Source: a virus (Duplodnaviria > Caudoviricetes). From it: 64,000 bases of DNA. A program made the translations under genes and the position numbers. The stretch is from IMG/VR virus record IMGVR_UViG_3300021255_000070, positions 9,747 through 73,746 of that record; one strand, given 5' to 3'. The notes beneath the pieces are model-generated. The model saw only the letters and a list, made by a program, of their open reading frames with translations. It had not been told where the DNA came from and did no database searches. Shown piece by piece: positions 9,341 through 16,957 of the stretch (position 1 is its first letter; the number at the start of each line of letters is the position of its first letter).

Positions 9341-11704
9341 ATGTCAGAACAAACTCCTACTAATATATCTAATGCAGATTTTACCTTTAAAGATAAATAC
9401 GGTAATACTGGTTCAAATAAAGGTTTATCTGCTAATGATGGTACTAAGCTTAACAATATGGTTAAGCTTATGAATCTAATTTTAAATACCCCTAATAGTG
9501 CTGACTTTATTAATACTTTAGCTACTAAACAGTATGTAGATGAGAATCAGTCAAGTGGTTTAAATCTATTTGATGTAGTTGCTAAAGATCATGTGCTAAC
9601 CTATGGTGAAGACCTTGAAGGTTTTGCTCCTCTTGGAACATGGGTATATAAAGATGCGGTTGACGGTTCTCGTTATGGCTATCCTGATTTCGTACAGAAA
9701 TGTCTTGATGAATATGACGAAGCTACAGCAGATGTAATAGGAGTTCCTTTCGTTCAGCCTATTCTATCTGCTAATGGTACTTTAGGTGGTGATAGTTTTG
9801 CTGTAAGTGCAAGTTCAATATTTAATAATGATTTTCCATTTTATAAAGCAGTTGATGGTATAACTTCAGTTAACTCAGATGCTTGGGTTGGAGCGCAAAA
9901 TTCTTTGTCTGAAAACTTTACTTTTTATAATCCAATACCATTACAAGTTTTAACTCTTTTTATCTTAACAAGAGATGATTCACCTTTATCAAGTTGTACT
10001 GTATATGGTTCTAATGATAATTTGACTTGGGAAAATCTTGGCACATTCAATAGTCTTAATGTAAATAATACTCTTAACGTTTCTAATACCTCTTTTTATA
10101 CTTACTACAAATTAGCTTTAGTAAGTACACAAAATTTTGTTTCCATTCAATCGTTAAATATTACAGCCTATGAACCTCTATCAGTTAAACGTCACTCAAA
10201 CGGTCATATCTTCTTTGATGTAGCAGATATAGATAAGGTTAATGCTTTATTTACTGAAAGAAAAGAAGCATGGCTATATGGTATTGATGAAACAAATGAG
10301 CGTGTATTCTTACCTCGATCAACACGCATTAAGTTTGGTTCTACAAATGAGGTTGGAGAATATCAAGAAGCAGGTGCGCCTAACATTACAGGAACTATAA
10401 AAATAGAGGGCTCTCTTTCTGATAATACAGGAGCTTTTAAAAAATCATATACTTCTGCAAGTTTTCTATATGGAACTTCACCAGCGCCAGCTACTTTAGC
10501 AAATTTTGATGCTTCTGATTCAAATTCAATCTACGGTAACTCAGACACCATTGAATACTCTTCAACTAAGATGATTCCTTACATGGTAGTTGGAAACACA
10601 ACGGTTGAACAAGCTTCTACTGAAGTTATAGATGTAACAACTACTAACAATGACACAGTACCTTTATTTGCACCGCATTATTTTGACTACACACCTAATA
10701 ACTTGTCATGGTTAAAGGGCGGTTCACAGTCTAATAGTGGTGACTTATACAAAACTTGTTACAACGAACTTGTCAATGTTCTAAACGGTGAAACAAAGTA
10801 TGGTTCACTCAAAGTTATTGATGAATCAGACATGGTAAGTGGTGAAGATTACTCTCTGTATTGGATTGTTAATCAGACTACCGAAACATTCAGAACACCT
10901 ACTAAGACACAACAAAGATTTGTTGTTAAGACTTATCAGAATGGTACAGAATGGTATCGTATTTATAATGATGGTTGGTGTGAACAGGGTGGTTATAAAA
11001 ATCAAAATGAAGGTGAAGCAACAATTACCCTTATGAAGTCTTATGTAAATACAGCATATAGTATTCTCATAGGAAAAAGCTTCCGTGATACTGGTGCAGT
11101 CGGTATTCAAGCAAATATTTTATCTTCAAGTTCTTTTTTGTTGCAAGGTGCTTATAATGGCTCATCACAAGTATTACGACCTTCTTGGTGGCAGACTTCT
11201 GGTTATATAGACCTAACCAACGAAACATTTGATACATCTCTCTATTTCAAAGTAGCTAATGCAGTTGAAAATATAGAGTTATTAGATGTTGGAGAGGTGA
11301 CAGATGCATTAAACCTAAGAGCTGATTTATCTTTAGCTAATGTAAATAGCAATGGCAAGATAGCTATTGCTCATAACGCTATGCCGTCAGATGTTTACGA
11401 TGATTTAACACTAGGAGCAAGCGGATCATCCTATACCGCACCTGCTGATGGTTATGTTTCTTTATATGCGCGCTCGAATAATTCTGCTATAGGTTTAGAT
11501 GTACCTAGTTATAAAAATGGTAATTTAATTACACTTTATGGTTTTGGTGGCTATGGTGATCCTACACCTTATAGTGCAGGTTTTAGATGTTGGACTTTGC
11601 CTGTAAAAAAAGGCAATAAGTTTAGGGTACTTTATGATGGTACTGTATATGTAGCTCTATTTAGATTTATATACGCTGTTGGCTCTGAATCAGAACATTT
11701 ATAA
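9341..11704 (+). CDS. Long tail fibre/receptor-binding protein (discoidin-like, collar and gp53-like C-terminal modules)
   Basis: F5/8-like segment (YKAVDG...W...VYGSND...W..LG..YTYYKL), collar-like GEYQEAGAPNITG, WYRIYNDGWCEQGG module, terminal YTAPADGYV domain. Confidence 0.8.
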   Translation: MSEQTPTNISNADFTFKDKYGNTGSNKGLSANDGTKLNNMVKLMNLILNTPNSADFINTLATKQYVDENQSSGLNLFDVVAKDHVLTYGEDLEGFAPLGTWVYKDAVDGSRYGYPDFVQKCLDEYDEATADVIGVPFVQPILSANGTLGGDSFAVSASSIFNNDFPFYKAVDGITSVNSDAWVGAQNSLSENFTFYNPIPLQVLTLFILTRDDSPLSSCTVYGSNDNLTWENLGTFNSLNVNNTLNVSNTSFYTYYKLALVSTQNFVSIQSLNITAYEPLSVKRHSNGHIFFDVADIDKVNALFTERKEAWLYGIDETNERVFLPRSTRIKFGSTNEVGEYQEAGAPNITGTIKIEGSLSDNTGAFKKSYTSASFLYGTSPAPATLANFDASDSNSIYGNSDTIEYSSTKMIPYMVVGNTTVEQASTEVIDVTTTNNDTVPLFAPHYFDYTPNNLSWLKGGSQSNSGDLYKTCYNELVNVLNGETKYGSLKVIDESDMVSGEDYSLYWIVNQTTETFRTPTKTQQRFVVKTYQNGTEWYRIYNDGWCEQGGYKNQNEGEATITLMKSYVNTAYSILIGKSFRDTGAVGIQANILSSSSFLLQGAYNGSSQVLRPSWWQTSGYIDLTNETFDTSLYFKVANAVENIELLDVGEVTDALNLRADLSLANVNSNGKIAIAHNAMPSDVYDDLTLGASGSSYTAPADGYVSLYARSNNSAIGLDVPSYKNGNLITLYGFGGYGDPTPYSAGFRCWTLPVKKGNKFRVLYDGTVYVALFRFIYAVGSESEHL

Positions 11705-11716
11705 CGGAGAATACAA

Positions 11717-12091
11717 ATGAATTATTATATTTTAGACCTAAATAATGGCAGTCTTTTATTTGATACAGATAAAAATAAACTACAAAACACTATTGCTAAA
11801 TTTAGACCTGAATTAAAAGATCAAGAGATTCAAGAAACAGAAAGAGAAATTGTTCTTCTTGATAATAAGTATGTTTTTGCAGATGAACATCAAGAAGAAA
11901 TTGCAGAGCAAGAAGAGCTATCTCAGCTTACTCAAGAATCTAAGAAATTAGAATCTACTCTTAAAGAGTTACAGTCTATGTATACTCAAGCTCAGATGAT
12001 TGGTGATACAGAGACTATGGAAGAGATTTCTAATACTACTAAAGAGTTATTAGGTTTAACAGAGGAGACTAACAATGGCACTGAAGAATAA
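11717..12091 (+). CDS. Hypothetical protein (possible fibre assembly factor)
   Basis: SD GGAG, 124 aa, follows the long fibre gene. Confidence 0.55.
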   Translation: MNYYILDLNNGSLLFDTDKNKLQNTIAKFRPELKDQEIQETEREIVLLDNKYVFADEHQEEIAEQEELSQLTQESKKLESTLKELQSMYTQAQMIGDTETMEEISNTTKELLGLTEETNNGTEE

Positions 12092-12263
12092 ATGCCCATA
12101 CTGCTTCTATAAGTTAGCAGAGGATGGTTTCTGTGCTCGTGTATGTAAAATGGGAGCATTAAAACGTAGACAGCATGAATTAGAAGAATCTACTAAGCAT
12201 GAAGTGGATAATCCTACTGGTTCAGAGTCTACTCAGGAAACTTCTCAAACAGAGCAGGAATAA
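12075..12263 (+). CDS. Small Cys-rich (CxxC...CxxxC) protein
   Basis: SD GAGGAG; KCPYC...FCARVC. Confidence 0.6.
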   Translation: MALKNKCPYCFYKLAEDGFCARVCKMGALKRRQHELEESTKHEVDNPTGSESTQETSQTEQE

Positions 12264-12279
12264 TTTCTAGTCATATGCT

Positions 12280-12312
12280 AAATCCCTAGTATATAGCTAG
12301 GGATTTTTATTT
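12280..12312 (+). terminator. Intrinsic terminator ending the tail cluster
   Basis: AAATCCCTAG/CTAGGGATTT stem followed by a T-rich tract. Confidence 0.8.
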
Positions 12313-12474
12313 ATATGAAAATATATTTTGTTACCTACCTCTCATTTATCCTTGGTTCACTAATCTTTTAAACCTTCTAAAGATAGCCTAATTTCTATAG
12401 TAATATCCGTCACACTAATCTTATTGAATCCTCTCTAAACTAAATATGTAAATTCATTTAAAGGAGGATTTACT

Positions 12475-13140
12475 ATGAGTGATTTACCTATGGTTGTCTC
12501 TGACAACAATGGCTTCGGTGGAGCCAATATGGGTGCTGGTTTCATTGGTGGTCTGGTTCTTGGTTCACTATGGAACGGAAATGGCTTTGGCTTTGGTGGA
12601 AATGGCAGAGGTGTTAATGCAGTAGCAGATGTAAGTCTAGCTAATGCTATTGAGCACGTCTCTGACCAAGTAAACCAAGGTACTATTTCCCAGTTACAGA
12701 GTGCTTCTCAACAGCAACTAGCAACTATGGGAGCCAGTGCTAACGTAGCTAACTCTATTGGTCAAACAGCAAGAGATACCCAACAGGCTATCAATGCTGT
12801 GAATGTAACTTCTTTACAGAACACTCAGCAGATTTCAAATGCGCTATGTAATGTGAACCAGAACATTACCAATCAGGGATATGAAACTAGACTCCAGACT
12901 CAAGCTCTAGCAGCTCAGTTATCTGACCAGCATGCTTCTCTATCAAGACAAATCTTTGAAGAGAACTGCAAAGATAGAGAGCTAGCAAGAGAAATAGCAA
13001 CTCAGGCTCTAAGAGACAAGTTAGCTGAGTCTCAGGCTCAGAATGCTTCTCTGTTGGCTCAGATTAATCTGACTAATCAGTTAACAGCTCAAACTGCTTA
13101 TTTGGTTGATCAGCTTAAACCTGCTGCTACTACAGCTTAA
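12475..13140 (+). CDS. Gly-rich N-terminal/coiled-coil hypothetical phage protein
   Basis: Strong SD AGGAGG; GFGG...GFIGGLVLGSLW hydrophobic Gly-rich N-terminus followed by a Gln/Ala coiled coil. Confidence 0.75.
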   Translation: MSDLPMVVSDNNGFGGANMGAGFIGGLVLGSLWNGNGFGFGGNGRGVNAVADVSLANAIEHVSDQVNQGTISQLQSASQQQLATMGASANVANSIGQTARDTQQAINAVNVTSLQNTQQISNALCNVNQNITNQGYETRLQTQALAAQLSDQHASLSRQIFEENCKDRELAREIATQALRDKLAESQAQNASLLAQINLTNQLTAQTAYLVDQLKPAATTA

Positions 13141-13145
13141 AAAGT

Positions 13146-13180
13146 ATAGCCCTTATGTTTTCACGTCACATAGGGGCTAT
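13146..13180 (+). terminator. Stem-loop after the Gly-rich gene
   Basis: ATAGCCCTTATGT/ACATAGGGGCTAT 13-bp stem with one G-U; no clear U-tract on +. Confidence 0.55.
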
Positions 13181-13206
13181 CACCTATAACAATATGGAGA
13201 ACTGTT

Positions 13207-13446
13207 ATGAGATTTATTATAGCATCCAGACCTAAAGATTGGGAATTTATGAAGACTTCCAAAGAAGTCTTAGAAGACTTACCTGATACATGGAAAGCTT
13301 ATCCTCAGACTATAGAGGGAGCTATGTCTATTATCGAAATGGAACATAAGGAATTACTTGCTCCTAATGCTGATAAATGTAAAGAGCTGATTCATTTAGC
13401 ATCTGCTTGTTTATACGCATGGAGAATGATTAAACATGTTGAATAA
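13207..13446 (+). CDS. Hypothetical protein, possibly a MazG-like helical NTP pyrophosphatase
   Basis: SD GGAG; IIEMEHKEL...KELIHLASACL pattern. Confidence 0.4.
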   Translation: MRFIIASRPKDWEFMKTSKEVLEDLPDTWKAYPQTIEGAMSIIEMEHKELLAPNADKCKELIHLASACLYAWRMIKHVE

Positions 13447-14023
13447 TACCTTTAGTCCATATCTAATTCCAAATCCTGTTATGGGACAGCCTATTGTTAA
13501 CAGACAAACTTTAGGCTTGTCTCAGATAGATGGATTTGAGCCTGTTGGTTCCTTTACTGATGACAATAACATTTCTTGGTCTTTAGTTAAGAGTGCATTT
13601 GATAGTGCTACTGATATACCAGACCCTAAATCTATTCAGATAGTAGATTACTGGAATCACATATTCCCTAATTTAGAAGAGAAGATATATGTTTATGTAG
13701 TAGAGGGTATTAAACAACCTAGAGTAGAGACAGAACATCCTACAAGAGTTATGTATCAATGGTTCTCTACTAATTGTGTAACTAATTTCACTCCTCAAAT
13801 GATTACAGAACAGGAGTGGAGAAAAGCTAATGTCTATGCTGCACCTATTATTAATAGCAGGGTGTCTAAGCTTAATGCTATATGTAAAACTGAACCAGTA
13901 GAAACTACTGCTCCTACTAATGATCTAATCAAAGTGAAGGGTATAAATAATGGAACAACAGTTGTTACAGGAAATAGAGGAACAGGTGAGCCAAACAAAC
14001 CAATCACCACAGGAAAAGTATAG
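13436..14023 (+). CDS. Hypothetical protein
   Basis: 195-aa ORF overlapping the upstream stop, native codon style. Confidence 0.7.
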   Translation: MLNNTFSPYLIPNPVMGQPIVNRQTLGLSQIDGFEPVGSFTDDNNISWSLVKSAFDSATDIPDPKSIQIVDYWNHIFPNLEEKIYVYVVEGIKQPRVETEHPTRVMYQWFSTNCVTNFTPQMITEQEWRKANVYAAPIINSRVSKLNAICKTEPVETTAPTNDLIKVKGINNGTTVVTGNRGTGEPNKPITTGKV

Positions 14024-14144
14024 TCTTGCTAAACAGGAGGCTTTTAAATTATACTTAACAGGTAAACTCAGTAAAGCAATGGTAATTAATATATGTACTG
14101 GTATTATTAGTGCTTATCTTGCTGGTTCAGAAAATAAGAAATAA
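13950..14144 (+). CDS. Small hypothetical protein
   Basis: 64 aa; overlaps the previous ORF; stop codon overlaps the tRNA-Gln 5' end. Confidence 0.5.
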   Translation: MEQQLLQEIEEQVSQTNQSPQEKYSLAKQEAFKLYLTGKLSKAMVINICTGIISAYLAGSENKK

Positions 14145-14216
14145 GGATGTAGTGTAATGGTAACACCGGAGGTTTTGATCCTCCTATTCTAGGTTCGAGC
14201 CCTAGCATCCTTGCCA
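14143..14216 (+). tRNA. tRNA-Gln (anticodon TTG)
   Basis: Acceptor AAGGATG/CATCCTT, anticodon stem GGAGG/CCTCC with loop TTTTGAT, T-loop GTTCGA, encoded CCA. Confidence 0.92.
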
Positions 14217-14230
14217 ATATTATTAGATAT

Positions 14231-14431
14231 ATGAAAGTCCTTGGTTCATATACTAAAGGACTTAGTATGTTTGATATAAATCAGTTAATGATTGAAATAA
14301 ATACTTTCTTCTTTGAGTATAACAAGTACGTACATGGAAATAAGATAGCCGGAAGAAGAGCTAGAAAAGCGAGTATAAGAATAGAAAAGTTATTATTAAA
14401 CTATAGATTAGAATCTCTTAATAAAATATAA
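14231..14431 (+). CDS. Histone H1-like (Hc1-family) nucleoid protein
   Basis: GNKIAGRRARKASIRIEKLL matches the Hc1-type GNKAAG.RARK motif. Confidence 0.75.
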   Translation: MKVLGSYTKGLSMFDINQLMIEINTFFFEYNKYVHGNKIAGRRARKASIRIEKLLLNYRLESLNKI

Positions 14432-14455
14432 GAAAGCCCCTTTCAGGGGCTTTCT
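14431..14455. terminator. Bidirectional terminator between convergent genes
   Basis: AGAAAGCCCCT-TTC-AGGGGCTTTCT flanked by A/T tracts. Confidence 0.85.
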
Positions 14456-14458
14456 TAT

Positions 14459-14677
14459 TTATTTAGGTAAGGTTTCTTTCTGATATTCTATAGAAGTCTT
14501 TATATATTCTGTTAGCATAGCTTTTAAAAGTCTAGCTTGTTTTCTTAAAACAATACCATATTTTTTATTACAATGATGTTTCTTTGTTGGTTCCTGAAAT
14601 AACTTACAGGAATCCTTGAAAGCATTTGTTAGATGTTCAATATCATAATCTAATCTTTCTAGTTTAGCATTTGACAT
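14459..14677 (-). CDS. Second, divergent Hc1-like protein
   Basis: 72 aa; CNKKYGIVLRKQARLLKAMLTEYIKTSI aligns with the Hc1 helix of the convergent gene. Confidence 0.55.
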   Translation of the reverse strand: MSNAKLERLDYDIEHLTNAFKDSCKLFQEPTKKHHCNKKYGIVLRKQARLLKAMLTEYIKTSIEYQKETLPK

Positions 14678-14679
14678 AA

Positions 14680-15099
14680 TTATTCTCCTGAAGAACCAAA
14701 TCCACCTTCACCTCTATCTGTATCTGTAGATAGAGTACCTTGTACTAGAGTTAAACTTGTAATGGGTGTAACTACTAACTGAGCAATTCTATTGTATTTT
14801 TTAAAGACTATAGTCTGATTGGTAAGATTCTGCATTACTACACTAATCTCACCTGTATAACCACAATCAATAACACCTGTATGTACCAACACTCCCTTGA
14901 GAGAAATAGAACTTCTAGGTAGTACAAATCCTACATTACCTTTAGGTATTGAAAATTTAACTCCTGTCTCTGCCTTAATTATTTCAAAAGGTTTAAGTTC
15001 TAATCTTTTTGAACAGCATAAATCAAAGCCTGCATCCTCCTGATGTGCTTTCTTTGGTTCTAATAACTTATTCTTAACTTCTACAATTGTTATTGACAT
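14680..15099 (-). CDS. dut: Trimeric dUTPase
   Basis: Motifs DAGFDL, PRSS, GVIDCGYTGEI, RIAQL, RGEGGFGSSG. Confidence 0.97.
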   Translation of the reverse strand: MSITIVEVKNKLLEPKKAHQEDAGFDLCCSKRLELKPFEIIKAETGVKFSIPKGNVGFVLPRSSISLKGVLVHTGVIDCGYTGEISVVMQNLTNQTIVFKKYNRIAQLVVTPITSLTLVQGTLSTDTDRGEGGFGSSGE

Positions 15100-15154
15100 T
15101 AAAAATCTCCTATAATGTTTATAGTTGCTAAGTTAATTATATATCGAGTTTATC

Positions 15155-15481
15155 ATGGAAATATTACAAGAAGATCTAATAAAAGCTTTAATAGCATCAG
15201 TTGGTGGATGTCTATTAAGATATTTAGTAGATTATAAAGATGGTAAAAAGTCCCATCTATTGGTATGTTTTATGGATTGTATAGCAGCTACTTTCCTTGG
15301 CTACTACACATATTTATATGTAATTGAGGAAATGCATCTATCTACTTTACATGGCTCTATATTAAACGTAGTAGTAGGTTATGTAGGAGCTGATGGTGTA
15401 AACATAGCTAAATCTATAATTGTTAAAAAACTTAAAACTCGATTTAATGTTCAGGAGAATGAAAATGAAGATACTAAATAA
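15155..15481 (+). CDS. Holin (N4 gp63 position)
   Basis: 108 aa, three hydrophobic segments, basic/charged C-terminus, upstream of the endolysin. Confidence 0.75.
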   Translation: MEILQEDLIKALIASVGGCLLRYLVDYKDGKKSHLLVCFMDCIAATFLGYYTYLYVIEEMHLSTLHGSILNVVVGYVGADGVNIAKSIIVKKLKTRFNVQENENEDTK

Positions 15482-15713
15482 TTTCATACCATCTGCTAAA
15501 GTTTGTTCATTTATTATGTTAATTTTATGCCTCTGGCAGATATATATTTTCTACCATATTGGCTTTGCAAGAGGGGAAGCTCATGCCATAGAAACTATGG
15601 TAGCTAAACAAACTTCTATGAATAACAAATCAGTTGATACCCCTACTTTAGATAAATCTTTACAGAATATTCTCCACCAACCTTGTCAGGTATATGCAAA
15701 AGAAGGTAAATAA
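15465..15713 (+). CDS. Single-TM lysis regulator/antiholin candidate (N4 gp62 position)
   Basis: SD AGGAG at 15453-15457; N-terminal TM helix; between holin and endolysin. Confidence 0.55.
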   Translation: MKILNNFIPSAKVCSFIMLILCLWQIYIFYHIGFARGEAHAIETMVAKQTSMNNKSVDTPTLDKSLQNILHQPCQVYAKEGK

Positions 15714-15715
15714 TT

Positions 15716-16330
15716 ATGGAATTAACTACTAAAGCATTTTCATCTGTTTTTCCTAGAGCTAAAAGCCCTGAATTATGGGTAGATACTTTAAATAAAGTTC
15801 TTCCTGAATACGAAATTGATAATGAGAATAGAGTAGCAGCTTTCTTGGCTCAATGTGGTCATGAAAGTGCTGGTTTTACAGCTTTTCAGGAGAATTTAAA
15901 TTATTCAGCAGATGCTCTTAAAAGAGTATTTCCTAAGTATTTTAAAGATGTAAACCCTGAAGACTACGCTCGTAAGCCTGAGAAGATAGCTAATAGAGTT
16001 TATGGAAATCGAATGGGTAATGGTTCTGAAAGTTCAGGAGATGGATGGAAATACAGGGGTAGAGGATTAATTCAGTTAACTGGTAAAAATAATTACCAGA
16101 GACTTGCTGATTATTTTAGGAACCAAGAATTAGTTAAACATCCTGATTTAGTATGTAATAACATTGAGTATTGTGTTCTTTCTGCTGTCTGGTTTTGGAC
16201 TGTGAATAATCTTAATATTCTTGCTGATAAAGAAGATTTAACCACTATGACCAAGAGAATCAATGGTGGTACAAATGGACTTGAAGATAGAATATATCTC
16301 TATACTAAGATTAAAGAAGTCCTAGTTTAA
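15716..16330 (+). CDS. Endolysin, glycoside hydrolase family 19
   Basis: FLAQCGHESAGF, YRGRGLIQLTGKNNY, SAVWFW, TKRINGGTNGL..R. Confidence 0.95.
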   Translation: MELTTKAFSSVFPRAKSPELWVDTLNKVLPEYEIDNENRVAAFLAQCGHESAGFTAFQENLNYSADALKRVFPKYFKDVNPEDYARKPEKIANRVYGNRMGNGSESSGDGWKYRGRGLIQLTGKNNYQRLADYFRNQELVKHPDLVCNNIEYCVLSAVWFWTVNNLNILADKEDLTTMTKRINGGTNGLEDRIYLYTKIKEVLV

Positions 16331-16465
16331 AGTACTTATTATAAGGGAATACTTAGTACTAGGGAACTAGAGCATTTTATGTGAACAATATTCACTGTAA
16401 TATAGGAGGTAGATGCTCGCCCGACAATTCTTTTAAAAACCCGAACCAAGGAAATAGGAGTTAAC

Positions 16466-16957
16466 ATGATTAAGTATATCCTAATTGGAATAGTTGGTAT
16501 ATCCTTAGTTACTGGTTCATACATAAAAGGGTATAATCACGGAGTTAATAATACTACTGTTAAATGGCAAGAGGAAACTAATCAACGTAATAAAGTTATT
16601 AAAGAGCTTGAAGATAAGTATAAACTTCAAGCTGAAGAGTATTCACAGGAAACTCATAAATTATCTAATAAACTTTACGAACAGGAAATTAATCATGCTA
16701 AAGAAATTGCTTCCCTTAATGCTTCTTTTAACAGTAGGTTGCTCCAATCTGAACAAAGAACAGAGTTATATAAACGTATGTCAACCAAAACAGGAAATAC
16801 CTGCCAAACTCTGGCAAATCACACAGCCAGACTCGACAGACAGCTTACAGAAGGCATCGACTTGGTTAGAGAACTCAGAGCAATTATTGAACTCCGTGAC
16901 TCACAACTTAGAGCCATCAACCAACAGTTTAAATTAATGGAGAAAAACAATGAGTGA
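16466..16957 (+). CDS. Rz-like inner-membrane spanin
   Basis: N-terminal TM anchor followed by coiled coil; follows the endolysin. Confidence 0.85.
   Translation: MIKYILIGIVGISLVTGSYIKGYNHGVNNTTVKWQEETNQRNKVIKELEDKYKLQAEEYSQETHKLSNKLYEQEINHAKEIASLNASFNSRLLQSEQRTELYKRMSTKTGNTCQTLANHTARLDRQLTEGIDLVRELRAIIELRDSQLRAINQQFKLMEKNNE
16695..16937 (+). CDS. Rz1-like outer-membrane lipoprotein spanin embedded in Rz
   Basis: AGGA before ATG 16695; signal peptide MLKKLLPLMLLLTVG-C lipobox; Pro-containing mature part; +1 frame inside Rz. Confidence 0.85.
   Translation: MLKKLLPLMLLLTVGCSNLNKEQSYINVCQPKQEIPAKLWQITQPDSTDSLQKASTWLENSEQLLNSVTHNLEPSTNSLN

Noticed and set aside
16339-16524. Minus-strand 61-aa ORF and a 7-codon mini-ORF (MLARQFF, 16413-16436) behind AGGAGGT between endolysin and Rz
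   Set aside because: The - ORF overlaps Rz antisense with no SD; the mini-ORF has only 2 nt between SD and ATG, too short for normal initiation.
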